Assembly: GCA_951406725.2 (NCBI GenBank)
Contig: OX597833.1
Coordinates: 71,300,001-71,364,000 of the forward strand
DNA length: 64,000 nt
Source: Octopus vulgaris
Lineage: Eukaryota
Reading direction: 5' to 3'
Position numbers and translations under genes: made by a program
Notes under the pieces: generated by a model
Told to the model about the DNA's origin: nothing
Database searches by the model: none
The model's input: the letters and a program-made list of their open reading frames with translations, nothing else
In this document: one piece after another, positions 13,423 to 26,674 of the stretch
Layout: every line of letters begins with the position of its first letter
Numbering within the stretch: position 1 is the stretch's first letter

Positions 13423-13461
<39 letters not shown>

Positions 13462-13901
13462 GAATAAAAATAATGCCAAATACAAAATTATGAAATAAAT
13501 ATATTTATGTGGTGAAGGAGAAAGCCTTAGTTTTCCATCAATCCCAAAATGACCACAATTAACAGTGTAATTAAACAAATTTAATACTCTCCCACCCACC
13601 CACCCACCCACCCACTAATTAAAAGAACTCACCTGCAATGAATCAGTTAAGGAATTTTTTGTAAAATATCCCCTTTTCAATCCCTAAAATAATGCAGATT
13701 GAAGACAATGGAAATAGAATAATTATCATTAATGAACAACATCTCGTTACTTCTAAAATATTCATAATTAGACAACTCATTTACTCACATTCCATGAGAC
13801 ACTAACAACAGCTTTATTGAAATTTAAGAGAATAAATTTATATTTTCTTCACTTTTAATTTCTTTGTTTGTATTACATATATCTTATGTGATATATAGAT
13901 A

Positions 13902-14275
13902 TTCTCTTACTCGTTGCAGTCATTTGACTGTGGCCATGCTGGAGCACCACTTTTAGTCGAGCAAATCGGCCCCAGGACTTATTCTTTGTAAGCCTAGTAC
14001 TTATTCTATCGGTCACTTTTGCTGAACCACTAAGTTACGGGAACATAAACACATCAACCACGGGAATGTAAATGAACCAGCATCAGTTGTCAAGCGATGT
14101 TGGGAGGAAGTGGGACAAACACAGACACATACATGACATATATATATATATATACTACGTGCTTCTTTCAGTTTCCATCTACCAAATCCACTTGCACAAG
14201 GTGCCATGCAGTGGGAATGAACCTGAAACCATGTGGTTGGGAAGCAAGCTTCTTGCCACACAACCACACCTGCGC
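13902..14275 (-). mobile_element. SINE family 1 (internally deleted)
   Basis: Reverse-complement homology to 7324-7730. Confidence 0.8.
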
Positions 14276-14940
14276 ATAATACATATATATATATATATAT
14301 ATTTATGAATTTTGTGTTGCAAGATTCCTGATGAATCAAGATTGCAACATATATGTCATCAAGTGTGTATTGAAACCTCAACCTTCCACTCTGACCACTT
14401 GGCATATGTTGTCCTCTGAAGCGAGGGTTTAATATAGATGAAAGAAATGTGGAACCATTTCAGTTGCTGTAAAGATTTATGTGTGTCTCATGTGAATTCA
14501 AGCAAACATGACTTCACAGGGTTTTCTATGCTTGAATGGCTTTCACAGGTCTTCTGTGGAACACAGGATATCATTGTAATTTGAGACCAATTATCAGCAC
14601 CTTAAGATTACTTATTACACACACATACATACATTTATAGGTCTATGATGCATCCTTCTGTCAACAATTCAGCAATCCAGTAAGAGTTACACATGAAGTT
14701 TACGTATCTCTGAAGATTTGACAATACATTTTTGCTTATGTAACTTATAATCATTTTTTGCTAATGAAATATATGTAAAAGGGTGGAACTAAATATCATA
14801 GAAACAATCTCTCATGCTCTGTTTATTTTTCTCTTTGAAGTCTGTGACGATTCTTACCAAATGATATCAGTACAATAATACAGAAATACACATGAAGTTC
14901 TAAATATTGGTACTTTGCCATGGATTTTAAGGTTTAAATT

Positions 14941-14980
<40 letters not shown>

Positions 14981-15084
14981 TACACACTCAAACATCAAGT
15001 ATGAGTATGTAAGCACAGACAAGAAGTGGTGTAAGAGTGCTCAAGGAGAAGTGTCACTTCGAGTTGTAAAACCTGACACCACCT

Positions 15085-15133
15085 CATAATTGATAATTTC
15101 AATTTCATGTTACACATCCTCAGATCAGTTATA
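15085..15133 (-). ncRNA. Minimal type I hammerhead-like motif
   Basis: The minus strand reads TATAACTGAT-CTGAGGA-TGT GTA ACA-T-GAAA-TTGAAA-T-T-ATCAATTATG, with a 10-bp stem I containing one mismatch. Confidence 0.5.
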
Positions 15134-18100
15134 TAAGATATACACCTCTGGGTGCCCTAAATGCTTCATATATATATACATACATACATTATATATACAT
15201 ATATATATATACACACATATACATGAAATAATAAATGGCATAAAGACAAGAGTTACATAATCATATTCATTAGTTTACAGCTGCTTCAGCTAAGGGAACA
15301 AAGCAGCACTCAATACCTGGTGTCACCCTGTATACTGATGGCCTCATTGGAACTAGAACGAATGTATTCTGGATTAGTACTAAATTAAATTAACTCTTAA
15401 CACCGATGAAGCTATAAGAATAAAGAGCAGCACTAATTAATGAGCACTGAACATAATCACATTAATTCTTTTGTCATTGAAATATTTCGCTCTGTGCTTC
15501 TGTTGCTGTTTCTATAAGAGCCTGGTTGATTGGATAAATAGGTTGACACTGCTTCAGGACTGGAGCTGGTAGATATTAGTGATTGTAACTGGTTATTGGT
15601 CCAGCTGGAGCAAAGCAGAATTGTTTGTTTGTATGTATACACACACACACACACACATTAGACTGACTTGTCTACCAATGATTCATGTCACTTGAAGAAA
15701 TGCCTGGTGATTTAATATATAAAATAACAAAAATTATGTAATACACTGTGTCCAAATAAATTACCGTGTTACTGAAACATTTGTAGCATGAATTGAACTA
15801 TCAACTATTCATCTTCATATATATATGAGAAAGAGAGAGAGCAAGCAATAAGTTATGTCTTCTCAGAAAATCCATAGAAATAGCACCAGTGATTATATGC
15901 CAAGGCTGTACATCAACAACTGGACTTCACAGTCATTTCAAAAGATGTTTGTCATGAACGATCTCCTTCACAGATGCTTTCCATAATCTGGATGACTGCT
16001 AGATGACACACACACACACACACATATATATATTATGTACATGTGTATGTATGAATTTAAATATCCTAATTCCTTTGTATGTGTATATGTAAAGTGTATT
16101 GAAAAGACTGTGAAACCCACAAAGAAGTGGGGTCTCTGCTCCATCTTAAAGGATTGCTTTTGGTTGAAATTAAATTCCTTTCATATGACTTGAGCTTCAT
16201 ACAGTTGTGATTGTGATTAATGCTTTATGCCTGATGAGGATGACTGACTTATGAGAAAGGACATCAGTTTTAACAAACTTTATATACGTGTGTATATATA
16301 TATATATATATATACAAATTATGGGTGTAACGCACTATGGGATATCATTTATCCAATATACTGTTGGTAAAGTACCCAAATTCTTAATACATAAATGTTT
16401 TTAATTGCAATGCAATTAAGTCATTTATTGTATTAAACGGGTGAAGGTAAAGAAATATTTTTACCATAAATTTAAAATACAAATAAGAAAATGGAGAAAC
16501 AGATTTGGTTTGTTCATCAAAATAATCCAACATTATAATATCCGTAAGTTGATGAACAAACCAAATTTGTTTCTCCGTTTTCTTATTTGTATATATATAT
16601 ATATATATATATATATTCACAGACACACACAAACATGTGTTTGTGTATATATACATATGCAGAGATGTATAAGTATATATAGATGAGTGTGTGTGTGGTG
16701 ATCAAGAGTTACCTAAAAGATCATGAGTTTCTGGGTTGGACCCAAGTAACCATGATAGCCAGGGTCTTTAAGGTGACCTGTGTCTGTGAGTGTCGTGTGG
16801 TGATGAAAGCTCCCATCCATTGGGCCTCCACTTTGTGTACAGAGGAATGACCTGTAGCTATGAACACTCAATGTACAGTGCCAGACAAAACCACAGGTTG
16901 CCCTCTTGGCAAGGCACAGCATCTGTTAGCCACCCTGCTAGGGTCACAATGCCGAAGCCCTGAAGAGAATGGAATGCCATTATTGTTGGAAACAGGATGG
17001 CAGAAGGGAATGAAAACACAGGACATAAACATATTTTGTGTTTGGATTTCTTCCCACTTTGGAGAAGAAATTACACTTTTATGAATCTTGGTCTGGGAAA
17101 CTCGTTAGTCTCACTGGCACTGCAGTCGTTAATGGGATCTGCGACCAGAGACAAGAGATTAGCAATCAACAGACAAGACTGTGAGTGAAATTGGGGGATT
17201 GGAAACTGTGAGGAAGCTTTTCTATGGTTTGTGTCCAGATGTCAAATGTCTAAGCTTGTCAGAGTTATGCAACCTGAGAATTCCATTAAGGGGACACATG
17301 TCTGTGGAATACTCAACCGCTCAGACAATAATTGAATGAGTTGGCGATTGAGTTGTGTGAGTCACTGAGGGCTCAAAGCCACATGGGTGTGTGTGTGTGT
17401 GTTTAAAACAATCAAAACACAAATATTCAAACAAAACAAAGAAAATAAAAAAGATATTTTTTAAAAATAAGGAAAAAACGACAAAAGATAAATTTATGGA
17501 TTGCAATAAGTCTTTACTGCGTTTTGTAAGAAACCTCATCTCAGAACAGAAATATTTTAAGACATAATGTTTGGTGCCAGTGAAGAACTCATACAAAGCC
17601 ATAATGGTACCCCAGCCACAGAGACACAGCACAAAGCTTAAAGAACAACTGATGCAGTTAAAAAAAAACAAAACAAAACAATTCCTTTTTAATTCCTAAA
17701 GACCAGTTTTATGGAGAAGAATAGAGGGGGGGGGTGAAAAGAAAAATAAACAAAACTTGGTTCTATGAAGGAAGTCGTTATACAAACTTGAACCTGACTA
17801 CAGAACGTTTGGCCTGACTAATTGTTGTACAAAAACAGAACCAACTTGGGTCTTGCTCAGACAATTTTCTGGCAAGTGTTGTGTTATTCCATGAATATAA
17901 TGTCTGGATGTACATTTGATTTGGGTTTTTTAAAAAATTACTTTCTATGGTCAAAGAACAGATTTTCAGGCCCTTCTAGGCACAAAAACTTGTACAAGTT
18001 ATGCACACACATACATACATATATACATACATGTTGGGTAATGTTTATAGAGTTATGTACATGAAGGGTGTGTGTATATGTGAGGGGTTAGAATGCAAGT

Positions 18101-20218
18101 GCAACTGTGCATTCATAGATGTTGCAGATATACTGTCTGTGCATATATATAAATGTGCAATGTATGTATATGTTAATAGCAGGCTTTCAGTAACCCCAAA
18201 TTCTGTACCTAATAAACAGTAGGATCCAAAGAAGGAAAGCAACGATGGTTCATTGGCTCTGAATCAGTTGATGCAGTCTGGTAACAATCTCTCCTTCTCT
18301 CTCTCTGGTAAAAGAGTTTTCTTGAGGAATTTGATTTTCCATCATCCTAACGGACAAACTTATTTATTCCCCATTTGAACTCTCCCCACACCAAACACTT
18401 TACCCTTCTCCATTCTGCCAACATTGAACCAAATACAATCATTTGCAATAAATACACCAAGAGTATGGGAATAAAAAGAAACCCCATCTCTCAGCTCATT
18501 AGAAGGGTTGACCCATTCCTTAACTAAAACACTGTGTTAAACCACCAGCGTCCCAACTAACATCCGTGATGTGATTTGGAGTTTCTCACTCATTTCAAAA
18601 CCTAAAAGTGTTGTTCCAACATGTTAGGTTCTGTCTCAGACACTGCTTCCTAACATCAGGGTATGGCTTCATGGTGTCACTGCTCTACCCTGAGTTCCAA
18701 TCCAATGCCAGAAACTCTATTTCAGGGTACCGAACAAGGGTGACCTTCTATTATCTGAATCTTACTCTGATATCCAGGATAATGCTTCAAAATCCAGAGA
18801 ACCATTTTGAGAGTAGTGTTACATCTGAGACACCATTTCAAAGTATTGCCCAAACATACATGGGATTGTTCCAACAAGTAAGGAACCATACTTCATAGCA
18901 TCACTCCAACTTCCAGAGAACCAAACATGATGCTGTCACATGATTATCCAAGGTACCCCCCACCCAACATCAAAGGTACCACTTCATAGTAAATCTCCCT
19001 ACATCAAGAAGCCACTCCACAGCTCAACATTGCTAACAGTCGTTTATTTTTGCATTAATTAGAGATCTACTCTCTTTACTCCACCAACTGTCAATATTAA
19101 AGAAGTTCTTTGAAGAATAAACCATCTGTGAGAACAGGTAAATGGGGTTACGTACAAAGGTAGCAAATGTGTTTGTGTGTGTGGGTGTGGAGAATGGTTG
19201 CATTTTATATGCATAGTTTGTAGAATTAGTCTTTGCAATCATGTGCAACAGAGGATCTGTCTAGTCATGTGTGTGTGTGTGTGTTTTAGAAATGCAAAAT
19301 AGTCTTTCACTGTAGGAACTTTTATAAAACTATGATTCAATGAATAAATGGAAGAAAATAATAGCTATTGACATAGACTTCAGAATTTTAAACCATTATC
19401 TTATGTAAACACTGAGTTGAGTGAATGTCTAGAAAACATGACTAAACTTATAGAGACAAACACCATGTGGGTCTCCTCAGCATTCCCCCCAAAAAATAAA
19501 ACACCTCAAAAACCAAAATATAATTGCAATTTTAACCCTTTGCTTACCATATTTCTGTTGAAATCCTCTCCTTTATCAACAACTAATTATGAAAATAATG
19601 AGGATTTTAGTTAAAATCACTTTGTCATTATTAACCAGAATTTCAGAACATGAAATTTGCGTCACAGAACCAGAAGCTGTGTCAGGCAGGTTGGCATCAT
19701 CGGAAGGGTGCAAGAATTGAGGATGTGTGAAAGAGAGAAATGAATGATGAAATCACAACATCAGAGAAGAATCCTGAGACTGTCTGTGTGTGTGTGTGTG
19801 TGTGTGTTGTGATTGTAACATTTTATTTCTTTATATATTTATAATTTTATTAGGGGTCTTTCCTAGCTACACTAACCAATGAACAAATGAAACACAAGCT
19901 GGACCTATTTCACATCAGATACGCAAACCGAGGCAACAGAGCTATATACGTTGTTCAGGGACACATCACGACGATTAGAGTACCACTAAGATTTGAACCT
20001 ATGAACTATATCGTCATCAGTAAAAAAAAACACCTGAATCTCATCACCACTGTACTTCGTGGGAGATTCTGCAGTCTTTTCTTCTTCTTGAGACAAAAAT
20101 ACAATTATTCATAAATTATAACTTGATAACAAAGATTAAAACTGAAATGGTTTAAAGTTGTGAACTTTAAACCATCAAAGTTACAGCCACGCAAGAGTAC
20201 CATCATATATATATAAAT

Positions 20219-20436
20219 AAATGAAAAGGGGTTACATAATCACATTCATTGGCTTACAACTGTTTCTGCTATAAGGAAATATACACCCAGAGTTGAATGC
20301 CACATTGCTTCTTCAGAGCCATTACCTTATGATGCCATAAGATGTTGCACACAGACACTCAACTCTGGATTCACAGTTCCTTATAACCGAAACAGCTGTA
20401 AGCTAACGGACGTGATTATGTAACTCGTTTTCATTT
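20219..20436. mobile_element. Fold-back Penelope-like terminal-repeat relic containing a hammerhead motif
   Basis: ~60-bp imperfect inverted arms each carry GAAACAG(C/T)TGTA. The minus strand reads TGGCT-CTGAAGA...GAAA-CAGTTG-TA-AGCCA. A related fragment lies at ~15250-15300. Confidence 0.6.
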
Positions 20437-23400
20437 TGTCATTCATTAATTAATGTTACTCTGAACTGACCTTCAGGCTTTAGGAAGGAATGTGGAATGG
20501 AGGACCTGGATTCACACCTCCTCCCCACTGTAATCTAGCAATTCTGTGCAGCATTAAAAATACTCTTTGGATTCTAATTAAGCTGATTAGTGTTCTTAAG
20601 TCAGTTTATTGTTCATAATTACTAGAGTTTCCTATTCCAACGACACAAAGTATGTCCGTTCAATGCATTTAGACGACGCAGCTTGACTGATGAAATCCCG
20701 AAGTCTTTGGAAATAGAACAAAACAAACAACAACAACAACAACAACAAAACAGGTTAGAGCAAAATAGGGTCAGTGAGGTAGCCTTGTAAAAAAAGGGTG
20801 GCTTCCTATTTTGAATGACTCCCCTTCGCACCAGATAAGACAGTTACAGAGGAGCTCTTTCTTGGCTTAGATGTCCAGTAGAATTTTAGGCTATGTTGGC
20901 ACTAAATTTCGAGAAAAGAATCATGAAATTCATCTTTTTTTTCTTTTTGTATATAAAAAAACAGTTTCAGATAAGAAGAGGCAAAAAAAATCAGATGATT
21001 TCTTTTTTTTTAATGTACACTCATCAAAGAAAAAAAAAAATTACATTTATACAGCGTGTAAAAAGAATGTAAAAGAGGAAATGTTTCATAAATATATATA
21101 CTAGCAGTGTTTATATATACGGTCGTCACAGAAAATAAAAAACATCACCAAATTCAATCAATGCGAAGCAAATAAAAAAAAAAAAGAGAGAAAAAGAAAG
21201 AAAGAAAAAGAGAAAACAAAAGGAAAAAAAAGATGGAAAAAAGAATTTATATTGCATCATGGGATACTCGTTTTTTTTTTTCTTCTTTCTTTTTACTCTC
21301 TTTATCATGATGATGGTGGTGGTGGTGGTGGTGGTGGTGGTGGCTGGTGATAGATAAAAATGAAAAAAGGGGCAGAAAAAAAAAAACAGCCGAAATAATT
21401 TAAATGGATGTATAATTTAGATATGAGTTTGTACAAACTGAGTTAATAAAATATATACTTCTTTAAAAAAAAAAGATGACAAAAATATGAAATGAAAAAA
21501 AAAAAAAAGGATACTTTCTGGGTTTTATTTTTTTTATTTGTATTTGTATTTGCTCCTTTTTATGAAATTGCCTTTCTTCATTATTTTTGTGAAATTTGTA
21601 TTAATTATTAAATAATTTTCCAAAGAGAAAAGAAAAGACCGAATTATGAAGAATTTTCGAAGAGAATTTGGTAAATAATTGTAAAATTTCAAAAAAGGGA
21701 GAGGGTCGAGGGGACTAGGATCAAAGTATGAAGCTTGACCCCTGTTTTCATACACACACCCTTACACACGAAACAAAACATTAACATACAGTTAAGTTGA
21801 AAATTAATGAGAGAGAGAGAGAGAGAGAGAGTGCACTACAAAATAAAGAAGTGATATTTGAAAAATAATTAAAAAAACTAAAATCTCTGGATGGATTTAA
21901 ATAAAAAAAAAAGACAAAAAAAATTTTAAGGAAAAAAAAACTGTTCCTTTTTTCAGGGGAAGAGATAAAAAGATGTTGAAAAACTGCAATGTCCAACGAC
22001 GGTCACCTGTCAAATATCTTTATGACTTGTCCTAATTCATTATGACACAACTGTCAAAGTAGAATATTCTTTACCTCACCTTAATTAATTTCTTATCCCT
22101 GGCATATTTACTTTTTATTTTAAAGTATCTACTTTCAGCTTGAAAGAGTCAGAGCTTGTATAGGGTAAAACATACTTCTAGAAATAGCAGCTACATCTCC
22201 CTCAAATCAACAACCATGATAAATAAGCAAAAGACCCTGGATAATGTAGACCTAGATATACTGTCTCTGAAAAAGAAGGGATGGTCATGGCTAGAGTATC
22301 TTTGATTATATATTTACTTGATCAGGGTTCAACCTACAACAAAATACAGCTAAATGGAATCTACCGTCAACAGGTTGCAAATTCTAAAATGTTGGTCAAA
22401 GACACAATGAGATGTTGGTAATGAAATCACCAACTGCAGAACTCCTTCACCTTGTTGTCCAGTTTCCTTACCACCCGGCCATCTTATGCATCCCTTGCTT
22501 TCAAAAGAACAATTTTTTTATGATAAATTTCTTCTCATTTTGTATTTTTCTTTCCTTAATTGGAATGAATTTATGAACTCGGACAAGTCTCACTTGGCTC
22601 TGGAAACACCAGAGAGAGAACCCGGACTGGAAAAGATCCTAAACCAATCCCAGGGTTTTGTCACACTCCTTTTCTCTGACACCTCACTGACCCCTACCTT
22701 CTTTGCCGTTCAGTATTCTCTTTGTAAATAATCTAGATAAGACTGATAGAAATTGGGCTAATTTAGCCGTTTCTCTGTAAATTGAGAAAAAAAAATGAAA
22801 AACCTAAATTAATTTTCAAATCTTTGAATTCTCATCAGTTTTGGCCAATCCCGAAGAAACAAGCAACCAGTTTGTATACAGACCCAACAATTACAGTTGT
22901 GACTAATTTGTATAGTGTAAGAGTTCATACCTTGTTTTTAACATGAGGGACCTGTTAACAGGGACCTCAGCCCAAAGTATCAAGGGATGATATATGTAAC
23001 TTATAAAAGTTTCTTTTTTTTTACATAAAATTAACAGATTTATACTAATTTAACATTAACACCTTTAAAAATCAACATTAAGAAAAATAAATCTAGCAGA
23101 AAGTGCAAAAAAATAATGATTTAAAAAAAAAATTGTTTTTCAACCTAAGAACAATTAAAATCCTCAAATTTTATCCCTGAAAAATTGCAATTTTCATCAG
23201 GGGGAAAAAAAATTTCCCAGGTTAAGAATTGCTGGGTTAAGCTATTTCTTTAAACTTGTTTGCTATAAAACTCTCAAATGCACATCATTTAGAGTAACAC
23301 ACACACATATCTTCAAGACATTAAATCATAAACTGACATAGAAATGATAAAAGCTGGTTACCTGTTAATTAAGCGAACAGGTTGTGCTCTGGCATTCACA

Positions 23401-26400
23401 CCGAATGCCAAGACAGAAATGAACTCAAGGTCTGCGAGAAACAAGGGTGGCAGCAGCAGAACTGACCAAACTTTGGTCAATTTGTTAAGCAAAGTGCGGA
23501 TATGGGCATTTAGAGGGAAAGTCTCCCTCTTGAGATCAAAGAATTGTATCAAGTGCCAACTTTTAAACGACTGCAGCCTCACCTCTTGGCTTCCGAGACT
23601 GTTGTTCACAAGGACCAAGCAGTTTCTGATGAAGAATTTTGAACATTCCAGTGATTTTATATGTGTGTGTGTGTGTGTGTGTGTAGATATACACACAATG
23701 TTTGATTTTATAAAAACAATTCTACATTAATCTGAAAGGTTACTCTACACTTTTGTAGAGTACAGATTTATTGTTTTTAGACAAGAATATTATTGATAGT
23801 GACATTGAAGTTTTAGCCAGTTAAGCCATTGCAGGGCAAGGGCTTGAAACTGCGAAGTTACAGTCGATAACATTCTTGTCTAAAAATAATACACATACAT
23901 AGAGACATGTATATATATATGTATATAGTTATATACATATATATATATAGTTATGTAATGTATATGTATGCATATATCACACACACGTGTGTGTACAAGT
24001 AATAGAAATAATACAAGAGAGTGTGGGGGGGGGGGGAGATAACAAAGAAAGAGAAATAAAGTGAGTTTGCCAAAAATTCATCACTTGCGGGAGGAGGGTG
24101 GGGGGTTGGGGCAGAAACAAAAATAAGTCGACAAAGAAAAAGTAAATAAATAAATAAATAGAAAAGACGTTTTCAGAGAAGCATTTCAAAGACAAACACA
24201 TTTTTGACTGTTCAATGATTTTTTTTTTTTTTACTATTGATTAAATTCCAATCACAAAAGAGAAACAAATTTGTCTTATTTATTAGCCAAATACATTAAA
24301 GCCATCGTTGGAATGTAGCAGAACATTCCATGACTGAAACCTAGAGGAGAGGTGTGGTGAATGGACAGCAGATGACGAGGATGAAGATGATGGAGATGAT
24401 TATGATGACGATGATGATGATGATCATCTGTGTCTTTGAGGAAATGTAAAGAGCTAGAAAACCAAAGGGAGATAAATCAACAGCTGAGCTAATTGCCTTG
24501 ACCAAAAACCCCCTACTCGAAGCGCCAATGGATTCCCATTAATCATAGCTTTTACACTTCCTACGTTATCTTTTTTCTTATTTTCATTTGTTCTTGTATA
24601 ATCTGAGCCAAGAAATCGATGGAATTTCTCTCCCTCATAACCCCTCTTTTATATATATTCATTGATTTTTTTTTTTAAAGTTTAGAAAAAAAAAAGCCGA
24701 CGATAAAATATAAAACTGACGATAAAAATATAAAACAATTCTAAAAAAGATATTTTTTATATATATATATATTTATATAAAATTAAAAATAATAAAAATA
24801 GAAAGAGGGGGGGAAAAAGAACAAGTTTTACTCCCATGCCCCCTCCCGTCCACACTGACACCCTCAACAGAGAATTTGGTGGTGGTGGTCGTGGTGAGGA
24901 GAGCAAAGACCAAAATGGATAAGAGAATTTAACCAACTGCACAAATAGGACTAGCACTAAAACTCCACCGTCTTTGACCGGTCAACGCTTGAAATCTACG
25001 TCCAAGACATGCAATAAGATGGACAACAACAACTCATTGCTAAGACCCCCCCACCCAGCAGCAAGGGACAAGTAACAACACCCAACCATGCCCACCCCCA
25101 CCTAGCGGCAACCCAGAAGCACTGTTGTTATGTCTTTGAGGAAATTAGACATAAGGAGCAACTTGACAAATCCAAATATATTTCTTCTTCACATGCAACA
25201 CTGCTTTCATTCGGTTTCTTTCTCTCTTTCACTCATTCAACCAACCATTCCTTTCTTCTTCCTTTCCATTAAATAATCAGCATTAATTAATTAATTAATT
25301 TTTTTTTTTTTTTTTTTTTTCATAGTTTTACTGTTTTGCATTTTAAATGATTTAAAATTTGAAAATTTGAACTTTTTTCACAAAACGGACACGATTCCTT
25401 TTCATTGCAGATGTTTTTTTAAGAAGAAAAAGAAAGACAGAAAGAAAGAAGAAAAAAAAAGAATTTGTCTAAATTATAATCGAAGAAGTAAAATATCGTT
25501 AACATTTAATGGATTATTAAAAGTATGGACATAGAACAGAAAATTGACCATCAGCCATCTCGTTGTCAGTGAATAACTTAAGGTTTCTATCTTAAGAGAG
25601 ATGTTCAACATACATAGGTGAGTGTATACGGTCTGTATGTATGTGAAGGAGAGACATTGGGAAGTTAAAAGCAGGGCAGTCTGTGAGCAGTGAGCCACCA
25701 AGAGATTCCCAAAACACAAAGAACTGACACAAACTTTTAGACTGGACTGTTTTGTTGTTTTTGTCTTTTTTCTTTTTTACAAAGAATATGAAGAGAAAAG
25801 GGAAAAAAAAAAGTCTTGTAAAAACAAACAAGAAAAGAAAAAATGGAGCTGAAGAAAATGTTGTAATGAAATAAATAAATAAAAAAAAAAAAAACAGACA
25901 GGAAGTAGAAAAAGGGCCAAGTCTTACCACTTTTTACAAACAATGTAAGAATTTTTGACCACCGGAAAAAAAAAAAAAAAAAGAATTTCAGAAATGGTTT
26001 TTGACAAAACAAAAAAAATGTGACTGGAGAGATGGAAATGTTGCAAATTGTCTTTGAATTCAACATTGAGATGAAGAAATTTCCAGAAATAAAGCCACCT
26101 AAAAAAAAAAAAATATATATATATATATATAATAAATAAATTCATTTTTTTTTTGTACTTCAACCAGAAAATTCCATGTCACGTTGATTTTTTTTTTCCT
26201 CGTTAGGGAGAGAAAAAAAAAATAAATAAAAGTTTGTTTTATTATTATTTCTTGTAAAAAAAGCCACAAAACTCAAAGACAAGAACATGAAACTTCTATC
26301 TGAGCACCATCTAAATTCCATTTGCAGTTTCTAGAAATTAAAACCATCAATATTTATTTATATATATATATCTACATATATATATATATATACATACACA

Positions 26401-26499
26401 CATATATATATATACATACATATATTTGTTCTTTAATAAAAAAAATGAGAGGGGGGGGTTTAATCAGCAATGTAAGTCTTTTTTCCTTTTTGTAAAATG

Positions 26500-26540
<41 letters not shown>

Positions 26541-26637
26541 ATATCTATACACACATACATAAACACATGTGTATATATATGTGTGCATATATATACACAC
26601 ACACATATACATATGTATATGTGTGTATATATGTATG

Positions 26638-26674
<37 letters not shown>

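Noticed and set aside
16700-17220. Possible LINE 5' end with an HDV-like ribozyme
   Set aside because: I could not build the nested double pseudoknot or a convincing endonuclease frame by eye.
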